Part shown: positions 28,865 through 38,229 of the stretch, one piece after another
How positions within the stretch are numbered: position 1 is the first letter of the stretch
Layout of the letters: each line of letters starts with the position of its first letter
Assembly: GCA_964516325.1 (NCBI GenBank)
Contig: CAZFAP010000001.1
Location: 2,221-66,220, forward strand
From: an uncultured Verrucomicrobiota bacterium
GTDB taxonomy: Bacteria; Auribacterota; JABMQX01
Length of the DNA stretch: 64,000 nt
Direction: 5' to 3'
Made by a program: the position numbers and the translations under genes
The notes under the pieces: generated by a model
Told to the model about the DNA's origin: nothing
Database searches by the model: none
Seen by the model: the letters and a program-made list of their open reading frames with translations, nothing else

Positions 28865-30379
28865 ATGAGAAATCTCCTTCTCACGTTGGCTTTTCTCGCA
28901 ATCGTCAGGGTATGCGCCGCCGACGAAAGCCTCCCAACCGCCGACGCTCCCGTCAGCAAAGAAACGAAAAGCTGCCTCGTCTGCCACAATTCCGTCAGCC
29001 CCGGAATTGTTGCCGATTGGAGGAAGAGCCTTCATTCCATGACCAGCCCGAGCGAAGCTCTCAAGAAGGAGCGTCTCCAGAGGAGGATTTCCGTTGAGAA
29101 GGTGCCGGAAAACCTGGCTGGCGTCGTCGTGGGGTGCGCCGAGTGTCACAATTTGCATCCCGAAAACCATAAAGATACATTCGAGCACGGCGGCTACAAA
29201 ACGCACGTGGTGGTGACTCCCGCCGACTGCGCGACCTGTCATCCAACGGAGGCAGATCAGTTTCGGGACAATTTGATGTCCCACGCGCACCTCAACCTTC
29301 GCAATAATTCCCTTTATCACGAGCTAAGCGATTCGATTAACGGCATTCATTCCTTCCGGGGGATGGTGACGGCCGTCGCGGCGCCCGATCCCGAAACCAG
29401 CCACGATTCCTGCTTCTATTGCCACGGGACCGCCGTGGAGGTCAGGGGCATCCATACGAGGGAGACCGCTCTCGGCGAAATGGAGTTTCCGACCCTGTCC
29501 GCCTGGCCGAATCAGGGTGTGGGGCGGTTAAATCCCGACGGAACCATGGGCTCTTGTGCTGCCTGTCACACCCGGCACCGCTTCTCCGTCGAGATGGCGA
29601 GAAAGCCCTATACGTGCGCCGAGTGCCACGAGGGACCGGACGTGCCCGCATACAAAGTCTACATGGTGAGCAAACACGGCAATCTCTTCTCTTCCCAGGG
29701 CGACGAATGGAACTTCGACGCGGTCCCGTGGGTTATAGGAGAGAACTTCACCGCTCCGACCTGTGCGGCGTGCCACGCCAGCCTTGTCGTGAGCGAGAGC
29801 GGCGAGGTTGTGGCACAGCGGACGCATCGCATGAATGATCGTCTCCCGTGGAGGATTTTCGGTTTGATTTACGCGCACCCTCATCCCAAATCCCCTGATA
29901 CCACCATCGTCAAGAACAAAGCAGGCTTGCCGCTGCCAACCGAACTCACCGGCGAGCCGGTCGCCGAGTTCCTCATAGATGCGAACGAGCAAGAAAAGAG
30001 GCTTGAGGCGATGCAAAACGTCTGCCTCGCGTGCCACGCCAAGGGGTGGGTGACAGGACAATTCGCACGCTTCGAGAACACCATTAAGACCACCAATCAG
30101 ATGACCCTCACCGCGACGCAAATACTGAAGACAGCCTGGGAAAAGGGCGCCGCGAAATGCGCAGCGCAGAACGATAGCATCTTCAATGAATCCATCGAGA
30201 AAAAGTGGGTTGAGCAGTGGCTCTTTTTTGCCAACTCGACGCGTTTTGCCTCCGCCATGATGGGCGCCGATTACGGCGTATTCGCCAACGGACGCTGGTA
30301 TCTGAGCAGGAATATTCAAGACATGGCGGATTGGCTTGCGCTCAAGCTTGAGACAATTCAAGGCGAGAAGAGACAGTGA
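28865..30379 (+). CDS. Secreted octaheme c-type cytochrome (HAO/ONR-like multiheme family)
   Basis: Signal peptide plus 8 CxxCH motifs: CLVCH, CAECH, CATCH, CFYCH, CAACH, CAECH, CAACH, CLACH. Confidence 0.85.
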   Translation: MRNLLLTLAFLAIVRVCAADESLPTADAPVSKETKSCLVCHNSVSPGIVADWRKSLHSMTSPSEALKKERLQRRISVEKVPENLAGVVVGCAECHNLHPENHKDTFEHGGYKTHVVVTPADCATCHPTEADQFRDNLMSHAHLNLRNNSLYHELSDSINGIHSFRGMVTAVAAPDPETSHDSCFYCHGTAVEVRGIHTRETALGEMEFPTLSAWPNQGVGRLNPDGTMGSCAACHTRHRFSVEMARKPYTCAECHEGPDVPAYKVYMVSKHGNLFSSQGDEWNFDAVPWVIGENFTAPTCAACHASLVVSESGEVVAQRTHRMNDRLPWRIFGLIYAHPHPKSPDTTIVKNKAGLPLPTELTGEPVAEFLIDANEQEKRLEAMQNVCLACHAKGWVTGQFARFENTIKTTNQMTLTATQILKTAWEKGAAKCAAQNDSIFNESIEKKWVEQWLFFANSTRFASAMMGADYGVFANGRWYLSRNIQDMADWLALKLETIQGEKRQ

Positions 30380-30468
30380 CTCCCAGTGCATGTCCGGTTC
30401 AGGAAACAATCGGGCTGCGACAGCGCAATACCTGGCATCTATATCGTGAGTAGGAAAGGAGTGAAAAA

Positions 30469-30843
30469 ATGGCGCAGAGATTCCAGATTTACAAGTGCGA
30501 GATTTGTGGCAATATTGTGGAGGTCCTCCACGAGGGCAAAGGAGAGCTGGTCTGCTGCGACCAGCCCATGAAGCTTTTCGTCGAGAATACGGTGGATGCC
30601 TCCCGCGAAAAGCATGTCCCCGTCATCGAAAAGACGGATCGCGGTGTGAAGGTCAAGGTCGGCAGTCTTCCTCACCCGATGGAGCCAAAGCACTACATCG
30701 AGTGGATTGAGGTGATTGCCGACGGAAAAGTCTATCGCCAGTTCCTTAAGCCCGGAGACGCGCCTGAAGCCGCTTTTGTAATTCAGGCAACGCAGATCAC
30801 GGCAAGAGAGTACTGTAACATTCACGGTCTATGGAGGGGGTGA
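30469..30843 (+). CDS. dfx: Desulfoferrodoxin (class I 2Fe superoxide reductase)
   Basis: N-terminal desulforedoxin CEICGN...CC, then KHVPVIE...H...H...CNIHGLW. Confidence 0.9.
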   Translation: MAQRFQIYKCEICGNIVEVLHEGKGELVCCDQPMKLFVENTVDASREKHVPVIEKTDRGVKVKVGSLPHPMEPKHYIEWIEVIADGKVYRQFLKPGDAPEAAFVIQATQITAREYCNIHGLWRG

Positions 30844-30848
30844 CTACC

Positions 30849-31346
30849 ATGATTAACGAGAGAATTGAAAAGGCGTTTAACGAGCAGATCAAGAACGAAC
30901 TGGAATCCGCCTACATCTACCTGTCCATGGCGGCCTATTTCCACTCGCAAAACCTCGACGGAATGGCGCAGTGGATGCGCGTTCAGGCGAAAGAGGAAGT
31001 GGGGCATGCCATGAAGTTCTTCGACCACATCCGAGACCGCCAGGGGCGGGTCACCTTGTTGCCGCTTACCCCGCTGAAGACTGACTGGTCTTCGCCTCTG
31101 GAAGCTTTTCAGGACGCTTATGAACACGAGCAGTTCATCACCGGGAAGATCAATGAACTTGTCAAACTTGCCGACGACGAGAGCGACCCGCCCGCCAGCG
31201 TGCTCCTCCAGTGGTTCGTGAACGAGCAGGTCGAGGAGGAAGCGAACACCTCCAAGACCGTCCAGACGCTGGAGCTCGTGGGCGATTCCGGCCCTGGGTT
31301 GATCATGCTCGATCGGGAACTCGGCAAGAGGGAGTTCTCAGGTTAA
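30849..31346 (+). CDS. Non-haem bacterial ferritin
   Basis: The ferroxidase-centre pattern E...Y...EExGH...E...QxxE is readable in the sequence (ELESAYIYLSMAAYF, KEEVGHAMKF, VNEQVEEE). Confidence 0.85.
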   Translation: MINERIEKAFNEQIKNELESAYIYLSMAAYFHSQNLDGMAQWMRVQAKEEVGHAMKFFDHIRDRQGRVTLLPLTPLKTDWSSPLEAFQDAYEHEQFITGKINELVKLADDESDPPASVLLQWFVNEQVEEEANTSKTVQTLELVGDSGPGLIMLDRELGKREFSG

Positions 31347-31357
31347 CAGGAGTGAAT

Positions 31358-31849
31358 ATGAGCATCCATTTCAATGCAGACGAAATCTTCGAAATGGCCG
31401 AGCAGATCGAGAGGAACGGCGCCAACTTCTACCGCAAAGTCGCTGGAACGGCGGACGAAGCGGAAGTCCGGCGTGTCCTCCTCGATCTCGCCGCCATGGA
31501 AGACGAGCACGAGAAGACTTTCGCCGCCATGCGGGCGCAGTTGTCCGCGGAACAGCGCATCTCCATCACATTCGACCCCGAAGGGGAGGCGGCGATGTAC
31601 CTCCAAGCGATGGCGGATGGATATGTCTTTGACGTGCGCACCGACCCTTCCGAGCTTTTGACCGGAGAGGAGGGTCTCGCGGACATTCTCCACACCGCCA
31701 TCGGGCTTGAGAAAGACTCCATCGTCTTTTACCTCGGTATCCGAGATTTGGTCCCGGAGAAGTTCGGCAAGGGGAAGATCAATGACATAATCAAGGAAGA
31801 AATGGGGCACATCACCACCTTGAGCCAGAAGCTGGCCTCGCTGAATTGA
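31358..31849 (+). CDS. Rubrerythrin-family ferritin-like diiron protein
   Basis: Paired E-x2-H helices (AAMEDEHEKTF, IKEEMGHITTL); 163 aa; the track ORF 31211.. is over-extended. Confidence 0.65.
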   Translation: MSIHFNADEIFEMAEQIERNGANFYRKVAGTADEAEVRRVLLDLAAMEDEHEKTFAAMRAQLSAEQRISITFDPEGEAAMYLQAMADGYVFDVRTDPSELLTGEEGLADILHTAIGLEKDSIVFYLGIRDLVPEKFGKGKINDIIKEEMGHITTLSQKLASLN

Positions 31850-31907
31850 GGGCGGCCCCTTCTCGCCTCAGGCGTGGTCAGCTATTCGAATCGGAGGATA
31901 CGGGAAC

Positions 31908-32630
31908 ATGGAAGCATTATCTCGTCGCGACGTGTTTAGACTGCTTGGCGCCTCCGCCGCATGGGCGTCCGCGATCAGTTTCTCGGAGAGGTCCGCGAAA
32001 GCCGAAACATCGGAAGCTCTCAGCATCGCGCCCTACAAGCTCCCCGATCTGCCCTATCCGGTTGACGCTCTCGAACCGCACCTCGACGCACACACGTTGA
32101 CCATCCATCACGACAAGCATCACGCTGCCTACGTGCAGGGCTTGAATGCAGCGCTCGTCGGATTGCAGGAGGCTCGAAAGAAAGGAGACTTTGCGGCAGT
32201 CCAGGCTCTATCCGGTGCGCTCGCGTTCCACGGGTCCGGGCACCTGCTGCACACGCTCCACTTCGCCAACCTTCACCCGAAGCCAGCCAGGCCGGCGGGC
32301 GCCTTGTCGGGCGCGATCGAGGCGCAGTTTGGCAGCCTCGATGCCTTCATCGCGCACCTTGTCGCCGCCGCGAATACCGTTGCGGGCAGCGGCTGGGGGA
32401 TTCTCGCTTACGAACCTGTCGGGCGACGCCTGCTGGTGCTTCAGGTTGAGAAGCATGAGAACCAGCTCGTGTGCGGCGCCATTCCTTTGCTCGTGATTGA
32501 TGTCTGGGAGCATGCCTATTACCTGAGCTATCAGAACCGGCGAGCGGATTATGTGAAGGCCATCATGAACGTCATTCACTGGGACGAAGTTGCCCGTCGG
32601 TTCGACGAGGCGAGGCGCATTCACGGCTGA
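31908..32630 (+). CDS. Fe/Mn superoxide dismutase with a Tat signal peptide
   Basis: SRRDVFRLLGASAAWASA Tat motif; SOD motifs HHDKHH and DVWEHAYY. Confidence 0.9.
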   Translation: MEALSRRDVFRLLGASAAWASAISFSERSAKAETSEALSIAPYKLPDLPYPVDALEPHLDAHTLTIHHDKHHAAYVQGLNAALVGLQEARKKGDFAAVQALSGALAFHGSGHLLHTLHFANLHPKPARPAGALSGAIEAQFGSLDAFIAHLVAAANTVAGSGWGILAYEPVGRRLLVLQVEKHENQLVCGAIPLLVIDVWEHAYYLSYQNRRADYVKAIMNVIHWDEVARRFDEARRIHG

Positions 32631-32721
32631 ACTTGCACGGCGGTGTTTTAGAATCGGGGCGGCTCGCAGCGGTCCATGCGAAAAGTCTGCCGCGGGTTCT
32701 CAACGGTTCCCGGAGGACAAC

Positions 32722-34398
32722 ATGGCAAGTAAAACGTTCAACATCCTTGTGGGCGGAGAAGCCGGTCAGGGGCTGGTCACCGTCGGGGAATTGCTGACCC
32801 GGTGCCTCGTCCGCTCCGGTTATTTCGTCGTTGTCACTCAGACCTATCAATCGCGCATTCGCGGCGGGCACAATACGTTCGCCGTCCGTGTCAGCACAGA
32901 CCCAATCGTCGCTCCTCAAGAGCCCGTTGATCTCCTCGTCGCGCTGAATGCAGAGACCGTGAAGCTCCATCGAGAGGAACTGGTCCCCGACGGGCTGACC
33001 ATTGTTGACGAAGCCTTCGGCCTCACGGATGACTCCTGCCTGAAGGTTCCGTTCAAAGAGCTCTCCACCCGGAGGTCCACGAACATTGTGGCGCTTGCCG
33101 TCGTTGCGTCTTCGGTGGGACTCGACGAAAACCTCCTCTCCCGCACGATGGAGGAGTACTTCGGGAAGAAGGACCCCAAAGCCGCAGAAGAGAACCAGCA
33201 GGCGTTGAGGAGTTCGTTTCAGTGGTGCGCGGGTCGCCCAGCGAGGGTCAGCAAGCTGCCGTCCGTTCAAAATCCTCCAAAGCGCCTGATGATGAATGGA
33301 AATGAGGCGATTGCCTTGGGCGCCCTTTCCGCCGGGCTGAGGTTCTATTCCTTCTATCCCATGACTCCCTCCACCTCCATCGGGCAGTATCTTGCCGGAC
33401 AAGCAAAGCGGCTGGGCTTGATTGTCGAGCAGGGGGAGGATGAGATTGCCGTCATCAACATGGCGTTGGGCGCCTCCTTCGCCGGCGCCCCGAGCATGGT
33501 TTCGACCTCTGGCGGCGGATTTGCGTTGATGGTCGAGGGGGTCAGTCTTGCGGGAATGACCGAGACGCCCGTCGTAATTGTCGTTGGGCAGCGCCCCGCC
33601 CCAGCAACCGGACTCCCGACCCGCACGGAGCAGGCGGACCTCGAGTTCGTCCTCCACGCCGGACACGGCGAATTTCCGCGGGCGATCTTCTCTCCGGGTA
33701 CCGTCGAGGAGTGTTTCTATCTGACGCGTAAGGCGTTTGACCTCGCCGAGCGGTATCAGAGTCCAGTCTTCATCTTGACAGACCAATTCCTCGCCGATTC
33801 CTATCGTGCGGTCGCGCCCTTCGACTTGAAGGACCTCTCGCCCGTTCGTCCCGGAGTAGGGGAGGACGCGATTTCGCGCCCGTACAGAAGGCACGCGTTC
33901 ACGGAAAGCGGCGTCTCACCTCGCCTCCTTCCCGGTTTGACAGCACACCTTGTCGTCACCGACAGCGACGAGCACACCGAAGACGGGCACATAACGGAAG
34001 ACCTTTCCGTCCGGCGGCGGATGGTCCAAAAAAGGTTGAGAAAGCTGGAAGGAATTCGTCAGGACGTTACTCCGCCCGAGTTCCGTGGCGACGAGAATCC
34101 TGAACTCTTGCTCGTTTCATGGGGGAGCACAAAAGGCGCGGTCTGCGAAGCAGCTTCTCTCCTGAGGTTGCAGGGGCGTCGGGTTGTGGTGCTCCATTTT
34201 TCGCAGGTCTGGCCCATGGTCACCGACCAGGTCGTCCCGATTTTGGAAAAGGCTGGGGAGGTCGCCTGCGTGGAAGGAAATGCCACCGGTCAACTCGTAC
34301 GCTTGATCCGCCGTGAGACCGGTTTTGCCATCGAGAGGCGAATCCTCCGGTGCGACGGTTTGCCCTTCACGCCGGAATCAATCGTTCGTGAGCTGTAA
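32722..34398 (+). CDS. korA: 2-oxoacid:ferredoxin oxidoreductase, fused gamma/alpha subunit (two-subunit OFOR type)
   Basis: N-terminal gamma-like domain (ILVGGEAGQG) followed by an alpha domain (GNEAIALGALSAG...YPMTPST); 558 aa from ATG 32722. Confidence 0.85.
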   Translation: MASKTFNILVGGEAGQGLVTVGELLTRCLVRSGYFVVVTQTYQSRIRGGHNTFAVRVSTDPIVAPQEPVDLLVALNAETVKLHREELVPDGLTIVDEAFGLTDDSCLKVPFKELSTRRSTNIVALAVVASSVGLDENLLSRTMEEYFGKKDPKAAEENQQALRSSFQWCAGRPARVSKLPSVQNPPKRLMMNGNEAIALGALSAGLRFYSFYPMTPSTSIGQYLAGQAKRLGLIVEQGEDEIAVINMALGASFAGAPSMVSTSGGGFALMVEGVSLAGMTETPVVIVVGQRPAPATGLPTRTEQADLEFVLHAGHGEFPRAIFSPGTVEECFYLTRKAFDLAERYQSPVFILTDQFLADSYRAVAPFDLKDLSPVRPGVGEDAISRPYRRHAFTESGVSPRLLPGLTAHLVVTDSDEHTEDGHITEDLSVRRRMVQKRLRKLEGIRQDVTPPEFRGDENPELLLVSWGSTKGAVCEAASLLRLQGRRVVVLHFSQVWPMVTDQVVPILEKAGEVACVEGNATGQLVRLIRRETGFAIERRILRCDGLPFTPESIVREL

Positions 34399-34415
34399 CT
34401 CAAGACGAGGGCAAA

Positions 34416-35267
34416 ATGGTAACCATTGATGACTACGGAAAATATGAAACGGCGTGGTGTCCCGGCTGTGGAAACTTCGGTATTCTGAGAGCCGTCAAGC
34501 AGGCGCTCCTTGCCAGCGGGATCGAGCCACACCAGGTTCTTTTCGTCTCCGGCATCGGGCAGGCGGCAAAGGCCCCGCATTACCTGAATGCCAATCTTTT
34601 CAACGGTCTTCACGGGCGCTCCCTCCCGGTGGCGACGGGCGCCAAGCTCGCCAATCCCCGGCTCGTCGTCATCGTCGAAAGCGGCGATGGCTGCACCTAT
34701 GGCGAAGGCGGAAACCACTTCTTAGCCGCGATTCGCCGAAACATTGACCTTACGCTCCTCGTTCACAACAACCAGGTCTATGGCTTGACGAAAGGGCAGG
34801 CGAGCCCCACTTCGGAGGTCGGCTTCGTTACCAAGGCTCAGCCGGAGGGCGTCTTCGCCCAGCCCTTCAACCCGGTCGCAGTGGCCGTCGCTATGCACGC
34901 CGGATTTGTCGCGCGGAGCTTCGCCGGAATGCTCGACCATTTGGCGAAGATGATCCAGCAGGCAATTGCCCACCGGGGCCTCTCTCTTGTTGACATACTT
35001 CAACCATGTCCTTCGTTCAACAAGGTGAACACGTGGGAATGGTATCAGCGGCGGTGTTACGTTTTGCCGGAGGATCACGACCCCACGAGTTGGGAAGCCG
35101 CCATGAAGGTCGCCTATGAGTGGGGCGACCGCATCCCCGTCGGGATTATTTATCGAAACAATAGACCGCCGTTCGAGGAGAACTCTTCCGTTTTGCGTCA
35201 GGGACCGCTCGTTGGGCGAGACCTCGATAAGGAAGCGATGTCTGCGACTCTGGAGCGATTTGCCTGA
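34416..35267 (+). CDS. korB: 2-oxoacid:ferredoxin oxidoreductase beta subunit (TPP-binding)
   Basis: WCPGCGNFGIL, GDGCTYGEGGNH TPP motif. Confidence 0.9.
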   Translation: MVTIDDYGKYETAWCPGCGNFGILRAVKQALLASGIEPHQVLFVSGIGQAAKAPHYLNANLFNGLHGRSLPVATGAKLANPRLVVIVESGDGCTYGEGGNHFLAAIRRNIDLTLLVHNNQVYGLTKGQASPTSEVGFVTKAQPEGVFAQPFNPVAVAVAMHAGFVARSFAGMLDHLAKMIQQAIAHRGLSLVDILQPCPSFNKVNTWEWYQRRCYVLPEDHDPTSWEAAMKVAYEWGDRIPVGIIYRNNRPPFEENSSVLRQGPLVGRDLDKEAMSATLERFA

Positions 35268-35401
35268 AAGGCCTTCGCTGCAACAGGACGGCGTGTTCGC
35301 TGGCGGATAGAAACGGCAAAGCTCGGGCATGGGTTTTCATCTGCTCGTCGCCGACGCCCAGCAGCCGAGCTTGAGCAAGAGCGCAAATCAGAATTGAGAG
35401 A

Positions 35402-36211
35402 ATGGCTTTTCTGCGGGACCTTCATCCTGTCGTTCAGGCTCTTCTGGCTACATGCTTCACCTGGGGCGTAACCGCGCTGGGGGCGGCCTGGGTGTTCCTT
35501 TTCAAGAGAGTGAGCCAGAAGGTCCTTGGTGCCATGCTTGGTTTCGCGGGCGGGGTCATGGTCGCGGCCAGTTATTGGTCGCTCCTCGCTCCGGCGATCG
35601 AAATGTCCAAAGGCAGAAGTCTTCCGGCTTGGTTTGCTCCTGCCGTCGGATTTCTCGCGGGAGCTGTTTTCCTGCGAGGCATTGACCTGATTTTGCCGCA
35701 TCTCCATCCGGGCTTTTCGATGGAGGAGGCCGAGGGCATCCCGACATCCTGGCGGCGGAGCATCTTGCTGGTTCTGGCGATAACATTGCACAACATCCCC
35801 GAGGGGCTTGCGGTAGGGGTTGCCTTTGGCGCCGTTGCCGCAGGGTTCTCTGGCGCCACTCTCGGCGCGGCAGTGGCGCTTGCTATCGGAATCGGCCTTC
35901 AGAATTTCCCTGAGGGCCTGGCGGTTTCATTGCCGCTTCGTCGTGAAGGGATGTCTCGCTTGAAGAGTTTTTGGTATGGGCAGTTGTCGGCAGTGGTTGA
36001 GCCGATTGCGGGCGTGCTCGGCGCCGCCGCGGTCATGGCAGCGAAGCCGGTTCTTCCCTATGCCCTATCGTTTGCCGCGGGCGCCATGATCTTTGTCGTC
36101 GTTGAGGAGGTGGTGCCCGAATCCCACCACGGCGGGAACGCTCACCTGGCGACTCTTGGCTTCATGGTGGGATTCATTGTAATGATGGTTCTTGACGTCG
36201 CCCTGGGCTGA
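35402..36211 (+). CDS. ZIP-family metal cation transporter (ZupT-like)
   Basis: [10 protein letters not shown] and QNFPEGLAV signature helices; 8 TM helices. Confidence 0.85.
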   Translation: MAFLRDLHPVVQALLATCFTWGVTALGAAWVFLFKRVSQKVLGAMLGFAGGVMVAASYWSLLAPAIEMSKGRSLPAWFAPAVGFLAGAVFLRGIDLILPHLHPGFSMEEAEGIPTSWRRSILLVLAITLHNIPEGLAVGVAFGAVAAGFSGATLGAAVALAIGIGLQNFPEGLAVSLPLRREGMSRLKSFWYGQLSAVVEPIAGVLGAAAVMAAKPVLPYALSFAAGAMIFVVVEEVVPESHHGGNAHLATLGFMVGFIVMMVLDVALG

Positions 36212-36371
36212 AGCGTTTTCGATCGTTCGCTCGGGCGCGGACGTGCGATGCGCTACAGGTCAATTGCTAATGCAGGCTGACGAATGCAGTTCGGCCGGGG
36301 ATAGAGAAACGGAGTCAAATCACAGACAGCGGAACGTCGCAAGTTTTTGGCAAAACACGGGAGGAATGACC

Positions 36372-37004
36372 ATGGCAACTCTTCTGCACATTCAGGCAAC
36401 CGCAACGCCCGAATTATCGTACTCTCTTCGAGCGGCGCAGGCTTTCCTGGAAAGCTATCGAGAATCCCACCCGGGCGACAGGATTGACACCCTCGACCTC
36501 GGGAAAGACCGTATCCCGGATTTCCTCGGCCTTGTGGCGCGGGGAAAGTACCGCATTCTCCATGGCGAGCCTCACACCAAGGAGGAAGCGAATGCCTGGG
36601 AAGCCGTCGCTTCTGAAATCGAGCGATTCAAAAAAGCCGACAAGTACGTCATTTCGTCGCCCATGTGGAACTTCACCATACCCTATCGTCTGAAGCAATA
36701 TTTCGACGTCATCGTCCAACCCGGCTACACATTCGCCTATTCTTCGGAGAAAGGGTACACCGGATTGGTGACCGGGCGACCGGTTATGTTGTTTCTGGCG
36801 CGCGGCGGGGAATACAAGCCCGGCACCGGCGCCGCTGCGTTCGATTTCCAGCGCCCATACCTGGAGACTATCCTGCGGTTCATTGGGTTCACGGAGATCG
36901 GTGTGATCGTGGTCGAGCCGACGCTCCTGGGTGGTCCCCAGGTCGCCGAGAAAAAGGTGAACGAAGCAATTGCAGAGGCTCGTGAGAAAGCCAAAACGTT
37001 TTAA
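36372..37004 (+). CDS. azoR: FMN-dependent NADH-azoreductase / flavodoxin-like quinone reductase
   Basis: Flavodoxin-like fold with SSPMWNF; overall AzoR architecture. An ATG at 36366 is an alternative start. Confidence 0.75.
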   Translation: MATLLHIQATATPELSYSLRAAQAFLESYRESHPGDRIDTLDLGKDRIPDFLGLVARGKYRILHGEPHTKEEANAWEAVASEIERFKKADKYVISSPMWNFTIPYRLKQYFDVIVQPGYTFAYSSEKGYTGLVTGRPVMLFLARGGEYKPGTGAAAFDFQRPYLETILRFIGFTEIGVIVVEPTLLGGPQVAEKKVNEAIAEAREKAKTF

Positions 37005-37109
37005 GCTTGACCGGTCCGGCGCCCCGGCGGGCACTGCGACGGGGCCGGTAGTCTGCGTGAATCCGCGTTCGTCTGTGGTTTCACCCATTTTTGCGGAAGG
37101 AGAAACGGA

Positions 37110-38147
37110 ATGAAAGCAGCGGTCATTCGTGAGCATGGCGGACACGACGTTATTCACATCGAGGAGATTCCTAATCCAGAAGCGGCGGAAGGCGAAATCG
37201 TCCTTGAACTTCGCGCCGCGGCGCTGAATCATCTCGATATATGGGTGCGCAAAGGGCGCCCCGGGCTGGTCCTCCTCTTCCCTCACGTGTTAGGTTCAGA
37301 TGGCGCGGGCGCCGTCGTAGAGACCGGTCCGGCCGTCCGTGGCTTCTCGGTCGGGGATGAAGTCATTCTAAATCCGGGTCTCAGTTGCGGGGTCTGCGAG
37401 TACTGCCAGCGTGGGGAACAGAGCGAGTGTCCGGCGTTTGGCATACTGGGCATGTCGCGCCCGGGGACCTTCGCCGAGCGGGTCGCCGTGCCTGCCGCCA
37501 ACGTCCATCCGAAGCCGCCCACGCTCAGTTTTGAGGAAGCTGCCGCTTTGCCTCTGGCGCATCTCACCGCCTGGAGAATGCTGATGACTCGGGCGGGGCT
37601 TCAACCCGGCGAGACTGTTCTAATTCATGGAATTGGCGGCGGAGTCGCTCTTGCGGCCCTTCAATTCGCCAAGCTCCTGAGCGCTGGGGTCATCGTGACA
37701 TCGTCATCCGACGAGAAGCTCTCCCGCGCAAAGGAGCTGGGCGCCGATCACACGGTTAACCACAGGACTGCGCCCGACCCGACCGCCGCCATCCACGAAA
37801 TCACCGAGGGGCGCGGCGTTGACGTTGCCGTGGATACAACGGGAGCAGCTACCTTCCCCGTTGACATTGCCGTGGTTCGTCGGGGCGGGAGAATCGTTCT
37901 CTGTGGCGTTACGACGGGCGCAATAGCGGAGACCGATTTGCGGAGAGTGTATTGGAACCAGTTGACCATTCTCGGTTCCACCATGGGGTCCCACGAGGAC
38001 TTCCGGCAGATGCTTCGCGCGGTCACCAATGCGAAGCTGAAGCCCGTGATTGATTCGGTTGTTCCTCTCGACGGTTGCAGCGACGCCATCGCTCGGATGG
38101 AGAACGGCGAGCAGTTCGGCAAGATTGTTCTGGCCATTTCAGGTTGA
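37110..38147 (+). CDS. Zn-dependent alcohol dehydrogenase / quinone oxidoreductase (MDR superfamily)
   Basis: GHDVIHIEEIPNP N-terminal catalytic domain and a GIGGGVALAALQFAK Rossmann motif. Confidence 0.85.
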   Translation: MKAAVIREHGGHDVIHIEEIPNPEAAEGEIVLELRAAALNHLDIWVRKGRPGLVLLFPHVLGSDGAGAVVETGPAVRGFSVGDEVILNPGLSCGVCEYCQRGEQSECPAFGILGMSRPGTFAERVAVPAANVHPKPPTLSFEEAAALPLAHLTAWRMLMTRAGLQPGETVLIHGIGGGVALAALQFAKLLSAGVIVTSSSDEKLSRAKELGADHTVNHRTAPDPTAAIHEITEGRGVDVAVDTTGAATFPVDIAVVRRGGRIVLCGVTTGAIAETDLRRVYWNQLTILGSTMGSHEDFRQMLRAVTNAKLKPVIDSVVPLDGCSDAIARMENGEQFGKIVLAISG

Positions 38148-38229
38148 CCTGACTGTAGATGAGACAGATTCGGCACGATCCGTGTTGACCGGCGTCCATG
38201 TGCGGTTTCAAAGTTAGGAGGATGATTTC

